In this document: positions 19,192 to 28,077 of the stretch, one piece after another
How positions within the stretch are numbered: the first letter of the stretch is position 1
Layout: every line of letters begins with the position of its first letter
Translations under genes and position numbers: made by a program
From: Thermodesulfobacteriota bacterium
GTDB lineage: Bacteria; Desulfobacterota; BSN033; UBA1163
Direction: 5' to 3'
NCBI GenBank assembly: GCA_049513055.1
Contig: JBEKWN010000031.1
Coordinates: 8,012 to 72,011 of the forward strand
Length of the DNA: 64,000 nt
The notes under the pieces: model-generated
The model's input: only the letters and a program-made list of their open reading frames with translations
The model's database searches: none
What the model was told of the DNA's origin: nothing

Positions 19192-20649
19192 ATGAAAATA
19201 CCAGAGATTGACCTCTATCTCATTGCACCGGAGATCATCATCACCGCCTTCGGGTTTTTAGTGCTTCTGGTGGACGTCTTTTTACCCAAAGAAGAAAGAA
19301 AGGGGTACCTCGGAGTAATTAGCCTCATCGGGATCGTGGTCGCCTTTCTTTTCACCCTTCCTCAGATGGGAGATGTCAAATCCGGTTTTGAAGGGATGTT
19401 CATTTCGGATGGATATGCTCTCTTCTTCAAGATCACTTTTCTGATCATTGCCTTTTTGACCGTCCTGATCTCCATTGGATACACCCAGAGGGAAGGGATC
19501 GCATTCGGAGAATATTATGCCCTGATCCTTTTTGCAACCCTCGGGATGATGCTGATGGCAGCAGGGACTCACCTCATCATCATCTTTCTCGGGTTGGAAA
19601 CGATGTCCATTTCCATCTATATCCTGGCAGGAATGATGCGAGAGGATAAGAGGTCAGTGGAAGCGGCATTGAAATATTTTCTTTTAGGGGCCTTTGCCAC
19701 AGGATTCCTCCTCTATGGTATTGCCCTCATCTATGGGGCCACAGGATCCTTTCATCTGAAGGATATCGCCTCTTATATCGCTACCAAAAATCTCTTGAGA
19801 AGCCCGATGCTCCTGATGAGCCTTGTTTTTCTCACCATTGGGTTTGGTTTCAAGATTGCTTCGGTTCCTTTTCATATGTGGACGCCTGATGTCTATGAAG
19901 GGGCTCCCACTACCATCACGGCTTTTATGGCGACAGGGGTGAAGGCAGCAGGTTTTTCAGCTTTGATCAGGGTCTTCTTCTCCGCCTTGCCCGCTTTTCG
20001 TCCGGATTGGACCTCGATCATGTGGGTAATTTGTGTGGCGACGATGACGCTCGGAAATATTGTGGCGATCTCCCAGACCAATATCAAGCGGATGCTGGCT
20101 TACTCGAGCATTGCTCATGCTGGATACATTTTGGTCGCCTTTGTTGCAGGCAACGATTTAGGAACCTCAGGCATTCTTTTCTATCTCATGACTTATGCCT
20201 TTATGAACCTCGGTGCCTTTACCGTAGTCATCCTCCTCGGGAAGAAGGGAGAAGAGAATACCCTCATCAGTGATTATGCAGGGATTGGATTCAAATATCC
20301 GCTCTTAGCAGTTTCCATGACCATTTTTCTCCTCTCCATGGCAGGTATTCCTCCTCTGGGTGGATTTATGGCCAAATTCTATATCTTCAGCGCAGCGGTG
20401 AAATCGAAATTTTATTGGTTGGCCATCCTTGGTGTCCTGAACAGTGCGGTTTCGGTTTACTATTATCTCCGGGTCACCGTGCTCATGTATTTCAGGGAAT
20501 CCGAACGGGAGATCACCGGCCTCCAATTTTCACCCGCTTCTGTGCTCGCATTGATTTTGGCCGTGATCGGGACCCTTTACCTGGGGATCTTCCCCGCCAA
20601 TGTGCTCTCCTTCGTTTTTTTTCTCGGCCACAAGAGGGATTTGATTTGA
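19192..20649 (+). CDS. nuoN: NADH-quinone oxidoreductase subunit N (last ~12 codons appear foreign)
   Basis: EAALKYF, GFKIASVPFHMWTPDVYEGAP, KRMLAYSSIAHAGY, LSMAGIPP. The stop codon overlaps the next promoter's -35 box. Confidence 0.95.
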   Translation: MKIPEIDLYLIAPEIIITAFGFLVLLVDVFLPKEERKGYLGVISLIGIVVAFLFTLPQMGDVKSGFEGMFISDGYALFFKITFLIIAFLTVLISIGYTQREGIAFGEYYALILFATLGMMLMAAGTHLIIIFLGLETMSISIYILAGMMREDKRSVEAALKYFLLGAFATGFLLYGIALIYGATGSFHLKDIASYIATKNLLRSPMLLMSLVFLTIGFGFKIASVPFHMWTPDVYEGAPTTITAFMATGVKAAGFSALIRVFFSALPAFRPDWTSIMWVICVATMTLGNIVAISQTNIKRMLAYSSIAHAGYILVAFVAGNDLGTSGILFYLMTYAFMNLGAFTVVILLGKKGEENTLISDYAGIGFKYPLLAVSMTIFLLSMAGIPPLGGFMAKFYIFSAAVKSKFYWLAILGVLNSAVSVYYYLRVTVLMYFRESEREITGLQFSPASVLALILAVIGTLYLGIFPANVLSFVFFLGHKRDLI

Positions 20650-20692
20650 CTTCTGAAAAGATGTGGATTATTATAGCTATTGATATAGCTAT
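20646..20692 (+). promoter_or_regulatory. Toxin-antitoxin promoter with paired palindromic operator
   Basis: TTGACT (20646) - 17 nt - TATTAT (20669); the palindrome ATAGCTAT occurs at 20673 and 20685. Confidence 0.6.
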
Positions 20693-20709
20693 TCCATCAA
20701 TTAGGAGGT

Positions 20710-21172
20710 ATGATGAAGACGGTGCAGATGACCTTAGATGAGAATCTCATAGTATCCGTAGACAAGGTGGCCAAACGTCTTGGTACAACTCGCTCTGCAT
20801 TTACAAGGCAAGCCCTTAAGATCGCCCTCAGGGAAGTTCGTATCAATGAGTTGGAGCGGAAACATTGCGAGGGCTATAAACGTAAACCTGTTAAAAAAGG
20901 AGAGTTTGAGGATTGGGAGGCTTATTCTGACCCGGGATTCCGCATTAGAGTTCCTGGGAGAGGTAACGATAGCTCCCATTACATCCACGATTCGGGATAT
21001 CCCTACCGAAGTTTTATTGGCGAAAGAAGATGGAATGCCCAAAGACTGTGCCGTGAATCTCGATCACATCCAGACTGTTTCAAAAGGAAAGATTGGGCCT
21101 TTGATCGCAACACTGAGTTCCATTAAGATGTCAGAGTTAAGGTCGGCTATGCTATTTGCCCTGGGGTTTTAG
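20710..21172 (+). pseudogene. mazF: RHH antitoxin plus PemK/MazF toxin pair collapsed by an internal deletion
   Basis: RHH N-terminus (MKTVQMTLDE..TTRSAFTRQAL..GEFEDWE) runs at ~20920 into toxin sequence in another frame (LILTRDSALEFLGEVTIAPITSTIRDIP..VNLDHIQTVSK). The toxin start and N-terminal KRP-type segment are absent. Confidence 0.8.
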
Positions 21173-21192
21173 TCCCTGCCTCAACCTCAACC

Positions 21193-23205
21193 TTATTTTT
21201 TTCCTCTTCTCACATCCACGGTGTTGTCATAAAACGTACTTCCTCCCCCTTGGTCTGTCAAACGCTGGGAAGTCAGGGCATTTACAGAACGAGGGCCAGG
21301 GCAGTGGTTCAGCCACCAGACCCCTTCTGCCACCACAATGCCGGAAGGAACTTTTGGAGTTACATGGAGGGTGAAAGAGACCTCACCGAGTTGATTGAAG
21401 GCAATGACAGAGTCGCCCTCTCTCATCCCCTTCGCCTCCGCATCAGCAGGGTTCATCTGAAGAAACATGGCCTTTTCCTTCTTGCGGAGGTCTTTTCTTT
21501 CCCTGAAAGAGGAGTTTAAGGCATAATGGCTGGGGCTCGTCATCAAGCGAAAGGGATAATTCCCTTCATAAGGAGGGAGATAACAGGGCAACGGGTGAAA
21601 TTCTTTTGGGTTCAAAATTTCAATCTTTCCTGAAGGAGTTTTAAAACGAGTGCGCGCATCTGATGGAAGTGGAATTTCGACTGCCTTCCCAACCGAAAAG
21701 GCTTCTTGATCAATGGCTTCTCTCATGGGGCTCGGAATGGAAAGAAGATGGTCAATCAGTTCATCAGCAGTTTGATGGAAAAAGGGCTCATGAAATCCCA
21801 TCCCATGAGCCAATAGACAGAAGACCTCCCAGTTCGATTTGCTTTCTCCAACAGGCGGGAGAACCGCTTTTGCACGCTGAATGCAGTAGGTACCATAGGA
21901 ACGGTAGAGATCGCTGTGTTCGAGAGAGGATGTTGAGGGCAGCACAATATCTGCGTATCGAGCCGTGTCCGTCATGAATCTTTCGTGAACAATGGTGAAG
22001 AGGTTTTCTCGCGCCAGACCTTTTAAAACCTGATTCTGATCAGGAGTAACAGCCGCCGGGTTGGAATGATAGACATAGAGGCTTTGGACAGGAGGATCAT
22101 TAAGTTCATCCAATGCCCAACCCAGGCGATTCATATTAATGGTACGAGTTTTCTTAGCCATAAAGTCTTCTCGCAGGAATTCATTGATAGCAAAAGCCCC
22201 AGCCGTGCTGGTGCCGGTAAAACACCCGCCTCCTCTTTTCCCATAAGCCCCTACTAAAGCAGGTAAACAGACAATGGTGCGTATGGTCATGGCTCCGTTG
22301 CCATATCGGGAGAGTCCGCTCCCAAGGCGGATGAAGGGATTCTTCGCTTTACCATAAGCATGAGCCATAGCTTTAATGGTCTCTGGAGAAAGACCTGTGA
22401 GGAGGCTGACTTTTTCGGGTGGAAAGTCTGGGAGAATTTTTTCTTTCAATTCCTCAAATCCCTGAACATGGGCAGTGAGAAAATCATGGTCAATGAGGTC
22501 GTCCCTGACGAGAAGGTGCATCAATCCCAAAGCGAGAGAGCCGTCGCTTCCTGGGCGGACGATGTAAATTTGATCAACTGTAGAGGAAGTGAGGGTTTGG
22601 TAAGTGTCAATAAGCCAAATCGTTGCTCCATTTTGTTTGGCTCTCTTGACCCCATGGAGAAAATGGATATTGGTAGCTACAGCATTGATTCCCCATAGAA
22701 TCACCAGATCGCTCTCTGCCACCTCATCAGGATGGGGGGCTGGCGTTTCTCCCATCACCACTTTCCAACCCACCTCTTTAGCAGGAGAGCATATAGTTCG
22801 GTTGAGGCGAGAGGCTCCAAGTCGATAGAAAAAAGGATGCCCGGCATTCCGCTGGATGAGACCCATTGTTCCAGCATAGGAGTATGGAAGAATAGCCTCC
22901 GAGCCATACTGATTGATGATATTTTGCCAGCGCCCTGTAATCCGGTTAATTGCTTCTTCCCAAGAAATAGAATGAAATTCACCGGAGCCTTTGGCTCCTG
23001 CCCGAAAAAGGGGACGAGTGAGGCGGAGCGGTGAATGGACGGTTTCTTGATAGCGATTCATCTTCACGCAAAGGGTGCCCCTTGTAAAAGGATGTTCAGG
23101 GTCGCCAGAAACTTTGACTGCTTTTCCGTCTATGACTTCTACCAGAAGTCCGCAGGTGTCAGGTCAATCATAAGGGCAAACCGATCGTTTTATCTTTTTC
23201 AACAT
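21193..23205 (-). CDS. Molybdopterin (bisPGD) oxidoreductase, 670 aa if the in-frame UGA at codon 14 is read as Sec
   Basis: AAGGAG RBS and ATG at 23205 give MLKKIKRSVCPYD-(TGA 23166..23164)-PDTCG..GDPEHPFTRGTLC, in frame with ORF 21193..23067. Also RTICS (Cys Mo-ligand position), FMTDTARYADIVLP, FKTPSGKIE. Confidence 0.85.
23134..23150 (-). promoter_or_regulatory. Putative SECIS element for UGA at 23166..23164
   Basis: Minus strand GACTTCT-GGT-AGAAGTC: perfect 7-bp stem with a G-first loop 20 nt after the UGA. Confidence 0.65.
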
Positions 23206-23347
23206 GAAAAATCTCCTTCATTATCGCCTGGGATTAAGAGAAAACATGGCATTTCAATGGATGAAACTTCTTTACCATCTTCGCCAGAAGTATATTCTAC
23301 CTTTATGACAACTTCAATCCCATTACAAAAAACTACCTTCCCATATC

Positions 23348-23375
23348 TTGACATACACATTTTTTTTAATATAAT
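23348..23375 (+). promoter_or_regulatory. Sigma70 promoter of vapBC
   Basis: TTGACA (23348) - 16 nt - TATAAT (23370). Confidence 0.65.
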
Positions 23376-23402
23376 ATGTATAGAAGTAAGGTGGAGGCAG
23401 AA

Positions 23403-23606
23403 ATGAAACGTACAAACATTGTTATGGACGAAAAGCTAATAAAAGAAGGGATGAAGACCACTGGGATTAAAACTCGTAGGGCCTTGGTTGACTATGCCTT
23501 GCGGGACCTTCTTCGTCGCGAATCTCAAAAAAGGATCTTAGAGTTAAAAGGAAAGGTTCATTGGGAAGGCGATTTGTCATCCATGCGAAAAGGAAGAAGG
23601 GTTTAA
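23403..23606 (+). CDS. vapB: VapB-family antitoxin
   Basis: MKRTNIVMDEKLI..TGIKTRRALVDYAL..LKGKVHWEGDL; overlaps the PIN toxin start (TAATG). Confidence 0.88.
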   Translation: MKRTNIVMDEKLIKEGMKTTGIKTRRALVDYALRDLLRRESQKRILELKGKVHWEGDLSSMRKGRRV

Positions 23607-24007
23607 TGGTCTTGGTTGATACAACGGTCTGGGTAGACCTTTTTTCAGGGTTGACCACTCCTCAGGTGATTGTACTCGAATCGCTGATTTTAAAAAGAGA
23701 AGATATCTGCCTCTGCGGTGTTATTCTTACAGAGGTTTTACAAGGAATACGGGATGACAAAGAGCACGGCAAGACACAAGCCATTTTCTCGAACCTTTTG
23801 TACCTTCCAATGACCCGTGAGACATTCCTACTGGCGGCCCACATCTACCGCTTTCTTCGAGCACGGGGAATCACCATAAGGAACTCGATTGACTGTATGA
23901 TAGCCGCTGTATGTATTGAGAATAAGGTGGCATTGCTCCATCACGACAGGGATTTCGACCTTATCTCAAAAAAATTTGATTTGGAAATTGTAAATTTGCC
24001 CACCTGA
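23606..24007 (+). CDS. vapC: VapC PIN-domain toxin
   Basis: MVLVDTTVWVD, EVLQG, IDCMIAA, LLHHDRDF. Confidence 0.92.
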   Translation: MVLVDTTVWVDLFSGLTTPQVIVLESLILKREDICLCGVILTEVLQGIRDDKEHGKTQAIFSNLLYLPMTRETFLLAAHIYRFLRARGITIRNSIDCMIAAVCIENKVALLHHDRDFDLISKKFDLEIVNLPT

Positions 24008-24125
24008 CTTTGAAAAGTACTCTTCCTTTGCTTCCTTTTTAAATTTTATTCCCGTTTGACTTCTTCGCCCAAATTCAATAAACTCTAAAACAAATTGAGG
24101 TGTTTAATCGAGAGAAGAGTGATAA

Positions 24126-24491
24126 ATGGATAAAGATTCCTCTTTTACTGTCCGGGATCTTCCAAGACAAGAAAGGCCTCGTGAAAGGCTCCAAAAATTT
24201 GGCCCAGAGGCACTTTCTGCTCAAGAACTTTTAGCTCTGGTCATTGGGCGGGGTATTCCCAAAAAATCAGTAATGAGTATTGCACAGGAGTTATTGGTGA
24301 GATTTGGTAATATTAAAGCAATAAGCCAGGCAACCATAGAGGAACTCTCTCAAATAAGGGGGATCGGTTTTGCCAAAGCAGCCCAACTTAAAGCATGTTT
24401 TGAGCTTGGAAAAAGAGAAGAATTAGAACCAGAGTTGAAAAATTTTGATATTAAAGATCCTGAAATGGTTGATTCGAAAGGAATTGATTAG
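24126..24491 (+). pseudogene. radC: Truncated RadC (N-terminal/HhH part only; JAB domain missing)
   Basis: DLPRQERPRERL..ALSAQELLA..GIGFAKAAQLKACFELGKR, then an abrupt end with no HNHPSG motif. Confidence 0.8.
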
Positions 24492-24496
24492 AGGAT

Positions 24497-24742
24497 ATGG
24501 CTCCAAAGAAAGAAGAAAATTTATCTAAGGAAAAACTTCTGGCTGAGATTGAGCGGTTGAAGAAAGAATTAAAGAAGAGAAAGAAGTATGGTCTGGTTTG
24601 GGAGGAAAAGCCTGAAGAAGTTGTCGAGATGTGTAAGAAAAAATTGCCTGCCACTCCAAGAGATTTAGCCTTTCGTTGCAAGGAAGTGACTGAAGAGGCA
24701 GGCCTTCAAAGGGTGAGGCTTGGGAATTTGCATCTCCTTTAA
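24497..24742 (+). pseudogene. Chimeric remnant: DNA-methyltransferase (Mod-like) N-terminus joined to a radical-SAM-like C-terminus
   Basis: KKYGLVWEEKPEEVVEMCKKKLP resembles Mod N-termini; ATPRDLAFRCKEVTEEAGLQRVRLGNLHLL resembles C-termini of PFL-activase-like radical SAM proteins. Both recognised by eye. Confidence 0.55.
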
Positions 24743-24755
24743 TCTCACATAACTT

Positions 24756-24794
24756 CCCCCTCTCCCTCGATGGGAGAGGGCGGGGGTGAGGGTG
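24756..24794. repeat. REP-like palindrome CCCTCTCCC-N5-GGGAGAGGG..GGGGTGAGGG
   Basis: 9-bp stem 24758-24766/24772-24780 followed by a GGGGGTGAGGG tail; matches a widespread extragenic repeat pattern. Confidence 0.7.
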
Positions 24795-27151
24795 GACACT
24801 TGGACGTGAGATCCAATATTTCCTTAAGCGAAGCAGACACCAAAGCAAAATTAATTGATCCTGTTCTTCATCAACGGGGTTGGACAGAAGACCTTATTCG
24901 CCGTGAGGAGACAGAGCGCGGGATTGACATCATAGATGGTAAACCAAGACGAAGAGAGCGAGGCAGGACAGATTATCTTTTAAGGGTAAGGGTCAACATC
25001 AGCACTCAGCCCGTTGCTATTGCCCTGATTGAAGCCAAACGAAGCGATGAGCCTCCCGATAAAGGACTTGAACAGGCTAAGAAATATGCCCGTTTGAACC
25101 ACGTCCCTTTTGTCTATTCATCCAATGGCCACCTCTTTGTAGAGTATGATCATTTTACTGGCCAAACTACAAGACCAAATCCTCTCCCAGAATTCCCAAC
25201 GCCTGAGATACTTCATAAGCGTTATGAGGAAGGTGTTGGTTTTTTGTTAGAAAGCAATAGTGCAAGGCCGCTTCTTGTTCCGTATCCAGGAGGAGAGGCG
25301 AGTAGACGCTATTACCAAGATGCCGCTATCCGTGCATTGCTTGAGAAAATAGCCGCAGGTGAAAAACGACTTCTTTTATACCTGGCCACAGGCTCAGGAA
25401 AAACTTTTATTGCAGTTCATATTTTGAAGAAGATTGCGGATGCCGGACAGTTGCGCCGTGCTTTGTTTGTGTGTGACCGGGATGAGTTGCGTGCCCAGGG
25501 CCTTGGGGCTTTCCAGAATGTTTTTGGGGCTGACGCCGCAGAAGTCACCACGGCAAACCCCCAGAAGAACGCCCGTATCTTGATTTCAACCTACCAAACA
25601 CTCAATGTGGCAGGGGAAACCGATGATGCCAAGTTTTTCCTCGAAAATTATCCCCAAAATTATTTTGGCCATATCATTATTGATGAATGCCACAGAAGCG
25701 CGTGGGGGAAATGGAGTATTGTGCTTCGCCAGAACCCAGAAGCTATTCAAATAGGGCTCACTGCAACCCCGCGATTCTTTGAAGGAGGAAGGCCAGAAGA
25801 GCGTCGGGAGGATGAAGAAATTACAGCCAATAATCTCAAATATTTTGGTGAGCCTGTTTATGAGTACGACATGGCCCAGGGGATTGAGGATGGATATCTT
25901 CCTGGCTGCGAGATTATCAGGCGAGAGGCGAATCTGGATAACGTGGGGGTTACACGAGAAGACATTAAGCGTCTTGGGGCAAAAGATGCGATAACCGGTC
26001 AAACGATCAGGCCTGATGAAACCCGCGAGCATTATGAAGCACCTTCTTTTGAAGATATGATCCAGTTACCTGACAGAGTAAAAATCATGTGTCAGGACCT
26101 CTTTGAAATGTTTCTTCAAACCGGTGGCCCACACCAGAAGACTGTAATCTTCTGTACCCGGGATACTCATGCGGATGCTGTTGATGCTGAAATGAACAAT
26201 CTCTATGCCCAATGGTGTGCTCGAAACGGCCAATCGCGCCTCGATCCTTATGCCTTCAAATGCACCGCTTCTGTGGGTGGGAGCCAGTTCATTTCTGAAT
26301 TGAGAGGTTCAGAGCGGACCCACTTCATTGCAACTACCGTTGACTTAATCACGACCGGTGTTGATGTTCCAATACTTCGTAATGTCGTTTTTTTCAAATA
26401 TGTCCGTTCCCCTATTGCATTTCAGCAGATGATGGGTAGAGGTTCGAGAATTCATCTCCCTACCAACAAGTTAATGTTTCGTGTCTATGATTATACAAAT
26501 GCTACCCGTCTCTTAGGGAAAGATTTTGGAAGCCGTCCTTTGCCCACCCGTGAAACAAGAGAACTTGAAGAGGAGAGAAAGGAAAAAATAATTCGTGTTG
26601 AAGGGTTTGATGTCCATATTAATCCTGCCGGCACGTATATTGTCACAAAAGTTGGTGATCGATTGGGGATGGTTACCGTGGAAGAATACAAACAGACGTT
26701 GGCCCAGCGCTTGATCGAAGAGGCAAAGACGCTGGATGATTTTCGCAGCCTCTGGATTGACCCACAGAAACGAAAAACACTTATTGGGCTTTTGCCTGAT
26801 GACGGACAAGGTCTCAGATTACTTCGGGAACTTTTGAAATACCAGGATTATGATCTTTATGATGTGTTGGCAGAGATTGGTTATGGAATTGCCCCGAAAA
26901 ACCGTGTTGAGCGTGTTTCAGCATTAAAATATAAGCACATCAATTGGTTCAATAGCCTCCCTCAAAAGACGAGTAGCGCCTTGATAGCCCTCGCTAAGCA
27001 ATTTGAAAAGGGTGGTACAGAAGAGTTAGAAAATCCATTTATTTTCAATGCGCCTGATGTTATCAAAGCAGGAGGTCTTGAGGCTTTGAAGGGTTTGGGT
27101 GAACCCAAGGATATTATCAACGAGACCAAAATGAGGCTTTTTGCAGCATGA
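24770..27151 (+). CDS. hsdR: Type I restriction enzyme R subunit (EcoEI-like); true start probably 24800 or 24806
   Basis: SEADTKAKLIDP, D..IEAK nuclease motif, QAKKYA, ATGSGKT, IIIDECHRS, GLTATP, FQQMMGRGSR. Confidence 0.92.
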   Translation: MGEGGGEGGHLDVRSNISLSEADTKAKLIDPVLHQRGWTEDLIRREETERGIDIIDGKPRRRERGRTDYLLRVRVNISTQPVAIALIEAKRSDEPPDKGLEQAKKYARLNHVPFVYSSNGHLFVEYDHFTGQTTRPNPLPEFPTPEILHKRYEEGVGFLLESNSARPLLVPYPGGEASRRYYQDAAIRALLEKIAAGEKRLLLYLATGSGKTFIAVHILKKIADAGQLRRALFVCDRDELRAQGLGAFQNVFGADAAEVTTANPQKNARILISTYQTLNVAGETDDAKFFLENYPQNYFGHIIIDECHRSAWGKWSIVLRQNPEAIQIGLTATPRFFEGGRPEERREDEEITANNLKYFGEPVYEYDMAQGIEDGYLPGCEIIRREANLDNVGVTREDIKRLGAKDAITGQTIRPDETREHYEAPSFEDMIQLPDRVKIMCQDLFEMFLQTGGPHQKTVIFCTRDTHADAVDAEMNNLYAQWCARNGQSRLDPYAFKCTASVGGSQFISELRGSERTHFIATTVDLITTGVDVPILRNVVFFKYVRSPIAFQQMMGRGSRIHLPTNKLMFRVYDYTNATRLLGKDFGSRPLPTRETRELEEERKEKIIRVEGFDVHINPAGTYIVTKVGDRLGMVTVEEYKQTLAQRLIEEAKTLDDFRSLWIDPQKRKTLIGLLPDDGQGLRLLRELLKYQDYDLYDVLAEIGYGIAPKNRVERVSALKYKHINWFNSLPQKTSSALIALAKQFEKGGTEELENPFIFNAPDVIKAGGLEALKGLGEPKDIINETKMRLFAA

Positions 27152-28077
27152 ACCAAAAGACTTTACCTCAGAAGGAAGTTTTTGATTTCCTTGTTGCAAA
27201 TGGAATCTATCCAATGTACAGCAAGAAGGGGAAGATTTTCTTTAGAGGTTTAATCAGGATAGGTCTATCAACCACCGAAAAGACGAATGAGTTGATCGCA
27301 CAGCTGAATTTAAAGACAGACGAAGATTGCAAAAAAATAAGAAAAGAAGTTAAGGAGGCCGTGGCTGCTATTAGACCCACCCGGCCGATAAAGGAATGGA
27401 TAAAAGAAGAGAGGCCGAGAGAAATGCTGATCAAATATGGTCCGGAAGCTATCTCTCTATCGAAACTGCTGGCCATCATCCTTCGGACGGGGAAGGAGGG
27501 TACGAACGCTGAAGAATTGTCAAAAAGGTTGTTGAATCATTTCAAGACATTAAGAGAAATAGATTCCGCACCCATTTCTGAAATCTGCAAGATGGACGGG
27601 ATAGGATATACAAAAGCTGTTCAGATAAAGGCTGCTTTAGAACTCGGTAAAAGGCTTTACAAGGAAGAGGCGGAAAAGAAGAAAAGAATTGGAGGGGCTG
27701 ATGATGTCATAGGATATGTGGCGGAGTATTATGGCCCATATCTGAGGGACGCGAAGAAAGAGTTTTTCCATGTGATTCTCTTAGATATTAAGAATAAACC
27801 CCTTCACAACATAGAGATCAGTAAAGGTAGTCTGAATGCCGCGATCGTTGACCCAAAAGAAGTTATAAAAGAGGCAACATTAAGGTCTGCCTCTTCCATT
27901 ATATTGGTCCACAATCATCCATCAGGAGAGACAGAGCCATCCTCTGAAGATGTCGAAATAACAAGTCGCATCATTCAAGCCTGTGACCTTGTGGGTATAA
28001 AAGTTTTAGACCATATCATCATTGGGAAGAACAAAGACGATTATTTCAGTTTCGCAAAGGCAGGACTGATTAGATGA
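27148..28077 (+). CDS. radC: RadC-family JAB-domain protein with ~75 aa N-terminal extension
   Basis: EERPREML, GIGYTKAVQIKAALELGKR, intact JAB motif HNHPSG..PSSED..LDHIIIG. ATGA overlaps with hsdR and hsdS. Confidence 0.92.
   Translation: MNQKTLPQKEVFDFLVANGIYPMYSKKGKIFFRGLIRIGLSTTEKTNELIAQLNLKTDEDCKKIRKEVKEAVAAIRPTRPIKEWIKEERPREMLIKYGPEAISLSKLLAIILRTGKEGTNAEELSKRLLNHFKTLREIDSAPISEICKMDGIGYTKAVQIKAALELGKRLYKEEAEKKKRIGGADDVIGYVAEYYGPYLRDAKKEFFHVILLDIKNKPLHNIEISKGSLNAAIVDPKEVIKEATLRSASSIILVHNHPSGETEPSSEDVEITSRIIQACDLVGIKVLDHIIIGKNKDDYFSFAKAGLIR

Noticed and set aside
23035-23406. 123-aa plus-strand ORF and the many short antisense ORFs in the track
   Set aside because: They are shadows of well-supported genes; this one overlaps the true 5' end of the molybdoenzyme and the vapBC promoter.
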